From contig CBDBFU010000030.1 in assembly GCA_965205025.1 (NCBI GenBank), positions 1-64,000 on the forward strand: DNA of 64,000 nucleotides. Direction: 5' to 3'. Below, in pieces: positions 20,809 through 30,299 of the stretch. The notes under the pieces are model-generated. The model saw only the letters and a list, made by a program, of their open reading frames with translations, did not search any database and had not been told where the DNA came from. Numbering within the stretch: the first letter of the stretch is position 1; every line of letters starts with the position of its first letter. Position numbers and translations under genes: made by a program. The stretch is from Candidatus Poribacteria bacterium (GTDB lineage Bacteria > Poribacteria > WGA-4E > WGA-3G).

Positions 20809-20846
20809 TTAAAAAAAGGGACACAAGATGTGTGTCCCTTTTTTAA
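20809..20846. terminator. Bidirectional intrinsic terminator
   Basis: aaaaaaagggacaca-agatg-tgtgtcccttttttaa hairpin flanked by A and T tracts, downstream of the anti-sigma gene. Confidence 0.75.
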
Positions 20847-20890
20847 TAATCATCACTTATTAACAGATTTGCTTACGACATTCCTCCGTA

Positions 20891-21583
20891 TTATAAATTT
20901 GCCTTAATATCACTCCAGAATAAAGTGAGTTTATTACTGATGGAATTGGTAAATTGTCCATCAATCACGGTATCGTTAACTTCATTAGCAGTCCGTGTAT
21001 GCCATAAATCAGAAACTGGTATACCAGCGAATTGATCAGGTAGGTTCCCACGATCCTTACTTGGTGTGACAATTGTCTTTGTATTATTTATTGGCTTAAT
21101 TCCATGTTTCATAGTTCCCCAATGCGATGGTGAAATGCGTATGCGTGGTAAACGGGAGTCATTTATGGCAGTCATTGCAAAATCATCTTTAGATGTATCA
21201 TCGAAAAATATGACCTTAACTAATAAAACTGAAACCAATAGATAACAAACCATAGCCACACTATTTACTAACTTTGGAGACAGATTAAACTTGAATATGC
21301 CAATAAACCATGAAAATGGTGCAGCAAAAATGGCAGTATTTTGCTTTCTATGGAGTTCACGAATCTGCTCTTGTATTCTTCCCAGTAATTCAGGTGGTGG
21401 ATCAGGTAATTCAAGATTTTCTAAAACCGCAGCAGTATGCAACAACCCCTCATATTCTGCTTGACATGTTTCGCAACTGCGGAGATGCTCCAAGAACTCC
21501 TGCTTTTCATTACCTTTAAACATAGATTCTTGACGATGTAAGACGAGTTTTTCACGAGTCTGTTCACAATTCATAAATAACAA
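20891..21583 (-). CDS. Anti-sigma factor (zf-HC2, ZAS type) with TM helix
   Basis: HLRSCETC (HxxxCxxC); TM segment; directly downstream of the ECF sigma gene. Confidence 0.85.
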   Translation of the reverse strand: MLFMNCEQTREKLVLHRQESMFKGNEKQEFLEHLRSCETCQAEYEGLLHTAAVLENLELPDPPPELLGRIQEQIRELHRKQNTAIFAAPFSWFIGIFKFNLSPKLVNSVAMVCYLLVSVLLVKVIFFDDTSKDDFAMTAINDSRLPRIRISPSHWGTMKHGIKPINNTKTIVTPSKDRGNLPDQFAGIPVSDLWHTRTANEVNDTVIDGQFTNSISNKLTLFWSDIKANL

Positions 21584-21626
21584 TCCTCGTATTTATTGAA
21601 TTAAAATTGATTTTTACATAACACTG

Positions 21627-22184
21627 TTAATACTGAAATCGATCTAATTTTTGCTTTAGATTCTGCATCGCCAGATTCAAACGCGATGCGACTGTTCCGA
21701 TAGAACAATTAAGAATTTCCGCAATTTCTTTATACTTCAACTGTTGAATATAATAGAGCGTAACAATTTCACGTTGCTTCGGAGGCAATCGGTCAATCGC
21801 AGCTTGTACTTGTGCTTTCTGTTCCGTTTTAACAACCTGTCGTTCGGGTATCTCGCGTTCCTCCGTCATCCCACGCGCAGCAGATTCTTCAGTGTAAGCC
21901 TCTATTAACCTATCTCGACTTTTTGACTTACGTAAATGTTGCTTACAAGTGTTTAAGGCAACCTGATATAACCAAGTTCCAAATTTAGATTGAAATCGAA
22001 ATGATTTTATGGACTTGTACGCTTGCAGAAATGTCTCTTGTGTGGCATCCTCAGCGTCTTCGGTATTCCCGAGCATTTTGCTCGTGAGTCCATATATTCT
22101 GGCATGGTGACGACTGACCAATTCATTGAATGCCTCAACATCACCTTCCACTGTTTTATGCACCAATACATCATCTGGAATCAT
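21627..22184 (-). CDS. ECF RNA polymerase sigma factor
   Basis: GDVEAFNELV, DAEDATQETF, F.TWLYQVA.N, region 4 YKEIAEIL...GTVASRL. Confidence 0.93.
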   Translation of the reverse strand: MIPDDVLVHKTVEGDVEAFNELVSRHHARIYGLTSKMLGNTEDAEDATQETFLQAYKSIKSFRFQSKFGTWLYQVALNTCKQHLRKSKSRDRLIEAYTEESAARGMTEEREIPERQVVKTEQKAQVQAAIDRLPPKQREIVTLYYIQQLKYKEIAEILNCSIGTVASRLNLAMQNLKQKLDRFQY

Positions 22185-22283
22185 AAAATATCCACCTTAC
22201 GCAGATGTTATATACTTAGATGTAAGTAATTTATATTTTCTTCATTTTTTTTCAAAAAAACTTCTATTTTTCATAGAAATTCG

Positions 22284-22829
22284 TTAATTTTTCGCACATT
22301 TATCACAAATTAACATTAACCGTTTCGTTCCATTCTCTTCAAATTCTGTTTCATAGTCATACCTAACAGATACATTCGATGTTCCACACCAATCACATCT
22401 TCCTTTGAATGTGTCTGTTTTTTGAGCGATTAATTCCTGTTTCTGATATTCTACATCTTGGACGGTTTTGATTAGATCCAATGCCTTTTGTCGTAATTTC
22501 GGGTCTGATTCGGTTTTAACAATCTTTTGAAGTAGCGGTTGCAGTCTCGGATCATTTGGATTTCCACCATCGTCCAGTGTATGCCATGCTGCGCGGCGCA
22601 CTCGAATATCATCATCCAACATTCCTTTATAAAGTGCTACCCAGACAGCATCAATTCTTTTTCTTACGTGACAAGGACAAAGATTCTCCATTGCGAGTGC
22701 TCTGTCATCCGGATTTTCAGAATATGCAAGTGAAAGATAATAGTTGACATCATCACCCCGTAACCGATCTTCGCGTCGACGATGTGATCTTTTCTGGTGT
22801 TTGTTCATACCTGTCATTCTTTTTGCCAT
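22284..22829 (-). CDS. HEAT-repeat protein with C-terminal CxxC...CxxC motif
   Basis: DDIRVRRAAWHTL, DPKLRQKALDLI; CDWC and CDKC. Confidence 0.7.
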   Translation of the reverse strand: MAKRMTGMNKHQKRSHRRREDRLRGDDVNYYLSLAYSENPDDRALAMENLCPCHVRKRIDAVWVALYKGMLDDDIRVRRAAWHTLDDGGNPNDPRLQPLLQKIVKTESDPKLRQKALDLIKTVQDVEYQKQELIAQKTDTFKGRCDWCGTSNVSVRYDYETEFEENGTKRLMLICDKCAKN

Positions 22830-23038
22830 CTTCTAATTTCCCTAATTCTTCAAAGTCTGAAATGATAAATTTAACCCACTACTGAATAGGTGTAACAATA
22901 ATTGGGTCAATCCTATTACTAAAGTTTGGACAATTTCTGTGAGGTGCTTCACCTATTCTCAAAGTGTTTCTGGTTTTACGTCCAGTTTCTCACGCAAATC
23001 CAACTTAAAGAAAAATAAACTCGGATAAACCAAAGCGT

Positions 23039-23111
23039 AGCCCCAGCGGGGCGAAATGTTTGTAGAAACATCATATCACCCCAAGGTCTAAGCCCCAGCG
23101 GGGCGAAATGT
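23039..23111. repeat. Two direct copies of a 21-bp GC-rich palindromic REP-like unit
   Basis: agccccagcggggcgaaatgt at 23039-23059 and 23091-23111. Confidence 0.85.
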
Positions 23112-23633
23112 GTATCGCTTAAAAACTATCCAAACTATTATATATTAGAGTATACTCTTTAACGTTTAATATCTCAACTTGCGTTTACTTTATAAGTTGA
23201 TCTACCTAAAATCATGTTTGAAATTTTCATATAGAATAATCACCCAATTTGAGTAAATATCTCGCAGAATGTTACGAAATCGTAACTTTTTTCTTAAAAA
23301 TTGCAAGATTCTATCAATTTCTTCTAATATATTTTTATCATAAGTTAATATATTTTTCAATATATAATTATTAGTAGAATAGTGTGAATCCTATAATAAC
23401 ATATTATTTCACTGGTGTCAAATTTATTTTTTAGATTCTAAGATGTTGTCAGTTTTTTAATTAGTTGTAAGTTATTTTGTATTTCTTCAATAAAAATGTA
23501 ATTATGTGTATAAAATTGGGAAGGAATAGGTGCCAATCTAAGAAAATTGGGGATTTTTTCAAAGAACTGGAATATATGATTTTAAGGATTGTCCAAAATC
23601 AATTAGGCAAAGGAAGGTGTAAAGGTCTTGAAA

Positions 23634-24590
23634 CTACTTTTTAAATACTTCATCACGATGGTATTCCATAGCTTCTTGAGCAGGATATTCTTCGGGTTTT
23701 CTGGGTAATAATATCTCGTTTCCTTTCAAAGTTTTTAACAACCACTGATCAGGTCCGCGTTCTACCATTAATTCTGAAACAATTACTGTATAGTCATTAC
23801 TCAGAGAAATTAATCCTCTATCAAATGTCCAATGATGTAATTGACAAAGAGAAATTCCATTCCGAACATCATCATTTCCTGACACACTGAAAGGGATAAT
23901 ATGGGCTGCCTCCGTGACACTTACACTGTCCAGAGTCATGATATGTAATTGGCATACAGCACAAGTATAATCGTAAATACTCATGATTGCTCGACGGAAA
24001 GCTGCTTTCCGTACATTCATATCGGTTTTGAATGGTATGAATTTTTCTCCCGCTGAGAATGCATGTTTTACTTGTTCAAGTATCTTTTGGCTATACTCAC
24101 TAATCTTGTGTTCTTCAATTATAAGGTCGGTGATTTCTTGCTTTTTGCTAACAAAATACTTCTCAATAATTGATTGCCGTATTAATTCTCTACTCTCTGG
24201 CTGTTTGAGTAACTCAAAAAGATCATCGTCAAAATATCCATAGGCAATAATCTCACGAAGTTTTGAAACAGTTTTAATTTGAGTAGTAAACTGTAATGCT
24301 CTTTCGTATTCAGGATTTGCCTTATGATGCCAGAATCCTTTTTTCGTTAAATGGTAAAAAGGCATTGCAAGATTCGGTTTCCTGTTTTCAACTATTGACC
24401 AATATTTTATGAATGTCTCTACTAATTCTGGTGATGGAATGATTATGTTTTCACAGACTTTCTCTTGTTCAATTAATTCGATTATTGACAACAAAAGAAT
24501 AGGTTGGTGTGGAGCATTGCCATGTGCTCTGTCAATACTTAAATCTGTAATTTCTTGAAGATATTCTTGTAGGATATTATTGTTAGGCAT
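23634..24590 (-). CDS. SBD-HNH endonuclease (phosphorothioate-dependent restriction-type)
   Basis: N-terminal APHQPILLL...MPFYHL (sulfur-binding-domain-like); C-terminal FR..I...Y.YTCAVC, EAAHIIPF, NGISLCQLHHWTFDRG. Confidence 0.8.
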   Translation of the reverse strand: MPNNNILQEYLQEITDLSIDRAHGNAPHQPILLLSIIELIEQEKVCENIIIPSPELVETFIKYWSIVENRKPNLAMPFYHLTKKGFWHHKANPEYERALQFTTQIKTVSKLREIIAYGYFDDDLFELLKQPESRELIRQSIIEKYFVSKKQEITDLIIEEHKISEYSQKILEQVKHAFSAGEKFIPFKTDMNVRKAAFRRAIMSIYDYTCAVCQLHIMTLDSVSVTEAAHIIPFSVSGNDDVRNGISLCQLHHWTFDRGLISLSNDYTVIVSELMVERGPDQWLLKTLKGNEILLPRKPEEYPAQEAMEYHRDEVFKK

Positions 24591-24630
24591 CTATTAAGAT
24601 ATCATTCATATAAAGTTGATGGTGTCTCAT
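24583..24630 (-). pseudogene. 15-codon N-terminal remnant of a DUF86/HepT toxin
   Basis: MRHHQLYMNDILIDA*; ATGA-coupled to the MNT stop; resembles the DUF86 start MR...LYL.DIL. Confidence 0.55.
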
Positions 24631-24929
24631 AAACTTATCAATTCACTATAAACAGTATTATGTAACTCGGTACGAAGAGAACGGCGCGGTACTATATCTA
24701 CCTTTACACCGAATAAATCCTCAAAATAGAATTAAACACCTATTAAGTCTATCAGAGTTGCGTCAGAATCAAAATCTACCAATAGATCCAGATCACTGTT
24801 TTCGTGGAAATCTCCTCGTACATAGGAACCAAAGATACCTTTGATTTCAACCTTGAACTGTTCACTTATTTCTGCTTTTGATTCTATGATAGAATGCTTA
24901 ATTTTTTCAAGCATGGTTAAATCCTTCAA
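24627..24929 (-). pseudogene. MNT nucleotidyltransferase antitoxin with premature stop
   Basis: GIFGSYVRG...SDLDLLVDF, then TAA at 24732-24734, then in-frame FYFEDLFGVKVDIVPRRSLRTELHNTVYSELISL*. Confidence 0.85.
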
Positions 24930-24953
24930 TAACTATTGTAGTGATAATAGATG

Positions 24954-26252
24954 CTACTTATTCATCAATTCCTCAATCGCATCAATCTCTTTAGGAACAG
25001 TTTCAGTTAAGTTCTCATAACCAGACTCAGTAACAAGGATATCGTCTTCAATTCGCACACCAATACCAAGATATTCCTTCGGCACTTTTTTCGTGCCTTC
25101 CGCAATATAGAGGCCAGGTTCAATTGTAATCACCATTCCGGGTTCGAAAGTCTTATATTCACCCTCAGCATCACGAACACAATTTACATCATGCACATCC
25201 AATCCGAGCATGTGTCCAATACGATACATATAAAACTGTCTGTATTTTTCTTTTTTAATGATTTTCTCTGCTTTACCCTTTAATAAGCCAAGACTTAGCA
25301 TTCCTTCTGTTAACAACTCAATTGATTTCTGGTGCGGTTCATCAATAGAGACGCCGGGACGAATCATATCAATAATTTTATAATGAGCATCAAGGACAAG
25401 TTGATATACCTCCCTTTGCGCTTCTGTAAAAGTGCCGTTTGCAGGAAATGTTCTTGTTATATCACCGCAGTATCGTTGGTATTCAGCCCCTGCATCCAAA
25501 AGAACAAGTGTGTCATCTTTAATTTCGCAGTCATTTGATGTATAGTGAAGTGTTGTTGCATTTCCACCACTGGCTACAATGGATGGGTATGCTGTCCCGT
25601 TTGCGCCACTACTCCGGAATGTGGCATCAACAAACGCTTCCAATTCATACTCATACATCCCCGGATGAACGGCAGTCATGGCAGCAATATGACCATCAAC
25701 AGATATATCCGCTGCTTTCCGAATACGTTGTAGTTCCTCACCGTTCTTGATGAGTCGCATCTCACTGAGAAGCGGACTCGGATCCACAAGCGTATGGAAC
25801 CCTTTCCCAGATCTTACACGGGATTTAACAGCTTGCTTATACAGATTCACTATTTTTGTATCAATGTTTGGATTAGATCCGAGATTATAATATAGACTCT
25901 TTGCTTCATCAAGGTATTTACTTATTTTATCGTCGAATTTCTCAATTGAATATGCTTTATCAGCACCATAAACAGCACGTGCGTCCTTAACACCGACACG
26001 TTTACCATTCCAGATTTCAGCATTTTTGTCTTTTGGGAGTACAAATAGGATAAACTGATGTTTGGGATGATCGGGGGCAATCACACAAATTGAGTCTGGT
26101 TCTTCAAACCCAGTGAGATAATAGAAATTCGGATCAGGATGATAATGGTGCTCTGTGTCGTGATTTCGCATCGCCACTGGAGCGTTTGCGAATATCGCAA
26201 CCCCACCAGAACGCATTTTCCCAATGAATTTTTCACGATTCGCTTTATACAT
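24954..26252 (-). CDS. pepP: Xaa-Pro aminopeptidase
   Basis: FYYLTGF.EP, LLDAG...DITRT, GH.LGLDVHD, TIEPGLY, GVRIEDD. Confidence 0.92.
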   Translation of the reverse strand: MYKANREKFIGKMRSGGVAIFANAPVAMRNHDTEHHYHPDPNFYYLTGFEEPDSICVIAPDHPKHQFILFVLPKDKNAEIWNGKRVGVKDARAVYGADKAYSIEKFDDKISKYLDEAKSLYYNLGSNPNIDTKIVNLYKQAVKSRVRSGKGFHTLVDPSPLLSEMRLIKNGEELQRIRKAADISVDGHIAAMTAVHPGMYEYELEAFVDATFRSSGANGTAYPSIVASGGNATTLHYTSNDCEIKDDTLVLLDAGAEYQRYCGDITRTFPANGTFTEAQREVYQLVLDAHYKIIDMIRPGVSIDEPHQKSIELLTEGMLSLGLLKGKAEKIIKKEKYRQFYMYRIGHMLGLDVHDVNCVRDAEGEYKTFEPGMVITIEPGLYIAEGTKKVPKEYLGIGVRIEDDILVTESGYENLTETVPKEIDAIEELMNK

Positions 26253-26446
26253 TAATTATTCCTAAGGAAAGGTTATTATTGTTCGTATAGTAATTTATAC
26301 TTATACCATTTCTGGTAATTAAAGTCTCATTAATAGAATCTCTTTAATGTAGCACAAACTGTTAGTTTGTGCAGTATTTCAAGTCATACATAAAAATGTT
26401 GATGGGATAAACATTTTTAGAAATGGTATTACTTGTTGTTGATAAA

Positions 26447-27430
26447 TCAGATATAACTGATTGGTGTTCCAATCTTTCCAATAATACCACCACTTGCCAC
26501 CATGGGATAGATCGGATGTGACCAAAATATACCTTCTTCAGTGGATCGTATGGTTTCTATGACATGTCCAAACACATCTCTAATTTCGGCAATCGTATCT
26601 CGCGGTTTAATGTGATCATACAATCCCTTCTTGTAATAGACAAATCCTGCTTGATTACTGAGGATGGATTCAAATCGATTTACAACAACTTGCTGTTCAG
26701 GGATTTCTGTCTCACCGTCCACAAATTGGTAATGTTTAAGTACATTCATGACACCGCGCACACCTTTTTTGATGCTACCTTCATCCCATCCGTGTGTCCC
26801 ACCCAACTCTGGATCAATAGTTGGAATACCAATTTCGGGAGCAGCTTGTGCGAGTTGTCCTTTTGGTCCCTTTTGATCAAGGATATAACCAATACCAAAA
26901 ACCTGTGCTAATTCAAGACACTCATTATGTAATTGATGTTTTTCTCCAACCCGAACCCTAACCTCATCAATCATCGGTGAAACACCCCCTTGGTGTAGAT
27001 CAATACAGTAATCTGTCTGTTTAATTGCTTTTTCAAACAACTGATAGGCTATCCGGTAACTCGAAGTTCCATCTGCCCGTCCTGGAAAACACCGATTCAT
27101 CTTGAGATTGTCAACTGGACTATAGGCTTGCTTTGCATGGAAAGCGTGTATATTTAGGACTGGTACTGCAATAATTTGACCAGATAATTGCTCCATATTA
27201 ATTTGAGATAATATCTCGTGAATAACAGCAATACCGTTGAGTTCATTTCCATCGCTTATTGCCTGAATGTATAGTGTTTTTCCCGGATTCTTACCATTGA
27301 TGAGGATAAGTGGCACTCGAATAGGAGTTCCATCGGGTAAACTCGCAACCGGAAGACGTCCTTCAACACGTGTGCCTGGATCGGCAACAAATGTGTCGAC
27401 GATCAATTTGTCTGATGTGTTATTTGGCAT
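26447..27430 (-). CDS. Succinylglutamate desuccinylase/aspartoacylase (M14) family protein
   Basis: DGNELNG, MNRCFPG, IDLH, ELG; C-terminal lipoyl-like region. Confidence 0.85.
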   Translation of the reverse strand: MPNNTSDKLIVDTFVADPGTRVEGRLPVASLPDGTPIRVPLILINGKNPGKTLYIQAISDGNELNGIAVIHEILSQINMEQLSGQIIAVPVLNIHAFHAKQAYSPVDNLKMNRCFPGRADGTSSYRIAYQLFEKAIKQTDYCIDLHQGGVSPMIDEVRVRVGEKHQLHNECLELAQVFGIGYILDQKGPKGQLAQAAPEIGIPTIDPELGGTHGWDEGSIKKGVRGVMNVLKHYQFVDGETEIPEQQVVVNRFESILSNQAGFVYYKKGLYDHIKPRDTIAEIRDVFGHVIETIRSTEEGIFWSHPIYPMVASGGIIGKIGTPISYI

Positions 27431-27667
27431 GTGGTGGGTATTAACTCTATTCTATGAAATTTGCTACTCTTAATATATCAGATTTAGGACAACCCTTCAA
27501 CCTTGAATTTTGATTTGGTATTACATAAAATTAAATGAAGAAAACCAAAACAACTTACAACTAATACATAAATCATAATTACAATAGCTAAAAAATAGTT
27601 GTCATAATAGAAATAAATAGGTAAAATATTATATTGTGTATTAATAATATACTCATACTAACTAATA

Positions 27668-27787
27668 ACGTGAGTTTGATAATAGGTATATAAACTTCAT
27701 TTTATCTAAAATATTACTCTCATAGACCCGGTAGGTGCGGTTTCCTAACCGCACTGAATTCAAAAATTTGAGTTATCAAACTCACGT
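27668..27787. mobile_element. 120-bp MITE-like element with 15-bp TIR, 9-bp TSD and internal GTAG REP
   Basis: TIR acgtgagtttgataa/ttatcaaactcacgt; flanks taactaata at 27659-27667 and 27788-27796; REP gtaggtgcggtttcctaaccgcac at 27731-27754. Confidence 0.85.
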
Positions 27788-28064
27788 TAACTAATAAGTT
27801 CTAAATTCACTCTCTGCAAAATAGGAAAATCCATGTTAGAATTACGACTAAAACCTTCAAAATTATCAGCTTTTGAGAATCGTTCTCAAAACTTATATAC
27901 TCATACTCTAAAAAAGCAGATACAGAGAATTATCAAATTGAGTTACACGATTTATTTTTTTAGTTTTTCAAGTTTTAAAATTTTACACCGATTCATCAAA
28001 TCCTTTATTATCCCAACCCCTAACAGGGTTTACAGCCAATTAAAAAGTTATTTTTTAAAAACCG

Positions 28065-28108
28065 ACTTGAAAAACTTGAAAAACTTGAAAAACTTGAAAA
28101 ACTTGAAA
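28065..28108. repeat. 9-bp tandem repeat (acttgaaaa) x~5
   Basis: acttgaaaaacttgaaaaacttgaaaaacttgaaaaacttgaaa read directly; an inverted copy ttttcaagt lies near 27965. Confidence 0.9.
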
Positions 28109-28598
28109 TTAGACCGATTACGAATCATCCAGATAGATATAATTCTCTTCATAGAATTGGTGTTTCCCCGTCCGTTGGTTCAAAATATAGCAAATGGCAA
28201 GATCAAAGAATCCTCCAAATATATGATTTATGAGAAATGTTCTAATATCTTCTCAAAATGGAGGGTTGGAATATTTCACATGCAAACGACTTCAAATCAG
28301 TGGATTAAAAGAAAATAAAAGACACAAAATTCATCACCACTTTATAATTGGCGCTAATTCTTGTAACCTTAAAAAAGTAGATGTAAACCCAGTGTAGTAC
28401 TGACGGGAGAGAGATTTTATCAATGTCACACAATGTGACAAAAAGTGTAACTTTTCTAATCAAAACAGAATGTATATTATTACAACTGTGAAATAAGAAT
28501 AGAGTAAATTTACAGAATAATTACACTTGGTCCTATATCATACATGGCAAGGAATTAAAACTATATTTCTCTTACATTGAATTCACTTTAATAATCAA

Positions 28599-28627
28599 TT
28601 GACAGTCCGATTTCTGCATGATAGAAT
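28599..28627 (+). promoter_or_regulatory. Sigma70-type promoter
   Basis: TTGACA-N17-TAGAAT with extended TG, upstream of the CDS at 28738. Confidence 0.65.
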
Positions 28628-28737
28628 TCTTTATAATTCAATTTTCTTAAATTGAAAATACGGTAGTATCAATCTAACTCATGTTTACAATTTTCAATTA
28701 TTGAACTACCAAATTACACTTATATAAGAGGAAATTT

Positions 28738-29511
28738 ATGAATAAATACATTTGTATATTCTCAATCATGATATTGTCTATCTTTACTGTTACCAACGTC
28801 TTCTCCGCTTCATTAAAGAGCGATGAATTTGACGGTAGTGGTCAAGCTCTTTCTGATTTTTGGAATGTAAAAGATGGCGATAAGAGTGATTGGGAATTGA
28901 AAGATGGTTCACTTACTGTTGTAGCAGGATTTAATGCCAATGTATGGGCAAATGATGATAGCACACGTTATTCTCAGACAGTTGATCAAGATCAGTTTGA
29001 CATCGAAACATCAATGATTGTCGATTATGGGGACGGATCTACAGTAGCGGGGTTGATCGTTTATTCAGCCGCGTCAAAAGACAGTCAAGGTCGCGACGGT
29101 GAATGGGTCACATTAAAGCTATGGGGACGGGGTGCTGCACAAGGTAATAACGCTGTCCTTCAATACCAACGTCGTCAAAACGATGCCGCTGCTTTGGGAT
29201 ATGTGGGAACACAACCAGACTATAACCCCGCACAAGGTGTTATTCCCATTGAAATGCGTTTAAAACGCGACGGCGATGTCTATGAATCTTGGTTCAAACC
29301 AAATGCAGAAGGCGACTGGGTTCATGTTGGGAAAGTAACCAATGAACTCCAAGAACCTCTTGAAGTTGGTATCTACGCAGGTATAGCTGATGCTGGTGGT
29401 GATGGTAAAATGACTGTAACGTTTGATTACTTCCGTGAAGCCTCCGCTCCTGCTCCAGTTGATCCCCAAGATCGTCTAACTGTTACATGGGGTGAACTTA
29501 AGAACTGGTAA
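28738..29511 (+). CDS. Secreted ConA-like (DUF1349-like) beta-sandwich protein with C-terminal WG.LK motif
   Basis: Signal peptide; SDEFDG, AGLIV, VGIYAG, FDYFR; ends VDPQDRLTVTWGELKNW. Confidence 0.75.
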   Translation: MNKYICIFSIMILSIFTVTNVFSASLKSDEFDGSGQALSDFWNVKDGDKSDWELKDGSLTVVAGFNANVWANDDSTRYSQTVDQDQFDIETSMIVDYGDGSTVAGLIVYSAASKDSQGRDGEWVTLKLWGRGAAQGNNAVLQYQRRQNDAAALGYVGTQPDYNPAQGVIPIEMRLKRDGDVYESWFKPNAEGDWVHVGKVTNELQEPLEVGIYAGIADAGGDGKMTVTFDYFREASAPAPVDPQDRLTVTWGELKNW

Positions 29512-29531
29512 ATAGTCTCCCTTAATATTTA

Positions 29532-29648
29532 ACGTGAGTTCGGTATAAGGAATATAGGCTTCGGTACGGTTAGAAACCGCACCTACAGTAGTTGTAAAAG
29601 CAGAATTTAGCGAATTACACACTTAATTTTCCTACGTTGAACTCACGT
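29532..29648. mobile_element. 117-bp MITE-like element, same family as 27668, opposite orientation
   Basis: TIR acgtgagttc/gaactcacgt; flanks taatattta at 29523-29531 and 29649-29657; internal cggttagaaaccgcacctac. Confidence 0.85.
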
Positions 29649-29670
29649 TAATATTTAGTAATAGGAATTT

Positions 29671-30276
29671 ATGGCAACATATTATAAGGGAGCAGGTGTC
29701 GGTTCACATTGGCATATACACGATTCTCGTAAAATTGGATTTACAGCCAGGTCCCCTGAAAGGAATCCAACAACTGATGCCTTAATTGAACATATTTCTA
29801 CAAGTACTCTGAATAGTCCTTATATTTCAGTCACACGGTCTTATGCAGTTGCTTGGACCTATGCGATGATTGGTGAAACAGATAGACCTACTACAAATAA
29901 TCCGGCATACATTTACGAAATCGAAATAGATAATTCTTTACCATCAAATATTAAACTAATAGATCCAATTAAAGAAGTTGCTCAAAGTTTCTTAGAACCC
30001 ATTGAGGTTAATAAACCAGAAGAGTATTCGTTTTACCAACATAATGGATTACCAAGTTATTTACGGGGAGTTGTTGATCCACAAGAAATGGGGGAATACC
30101 TGTTAGGCAGGTCACCTGAACCACCAGGACCTGGAACAGAGTATCCTCAACAACCAAAAACTCCATTAAAGACGTTGATTAATACCTTACGTGACGCTGA
30201 AATATTGATCCTTGGAAATATACCCAAATCGTGTGTGAAAAATAGGTTTGATGTGACATATTCTGGAGTTGATTAG
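29671..30276 (+). CDS. Putative ADP-ribosyltransferase-fold protein (R-S-E clade-like)
   Basis: YYKG (strand 1), SPYISVTRS..VA..YA, AYIYEI, DAEILILGNIP; no signal peptide. Confidence 0.6.
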   Translation: MATYYKGAGVGSHWHIHDSRKIGFTARSPERNPTTDALIEHISTSTLNSPYISVTRSYAVAWTYAMIGETDRPTTNNPAYIYEIEIDNSLPSNIKLIDPIKEVAQSFLEPIEVNKPEEYSFYQHNGLPSYLRGVVDPQEMGEYLLGRSPEPPGPGTEYPQQPKTPLKTLINTLRDAEILILGNIPKSCVKNRFDVTYSGVD

Positions 30277-30299
30277 ATTATTAAAGTGGAGATACTTCA

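Noticed and set aside
23039-23111. Possible mini-CRISPR (21-bp repeats, 31-bp spacer)
   Set aside because: Only two short repeats, no cas genes in the window, and the form fits a REP-like palindrome.
25195-25235. PepP YMYRIGH instead of the usual H..GH
   Set aside because: Single residue change with metal ligands intact; cannot distinguish a variant from an error.
27833-28318. 161-aa ORF containing LKNLKNLKN
   Set aside because: It crosses the 9-bp tandem repeat, composition looks like translated AT-rich non-coding DNA, and no family is recognisable; not called as a CDS.
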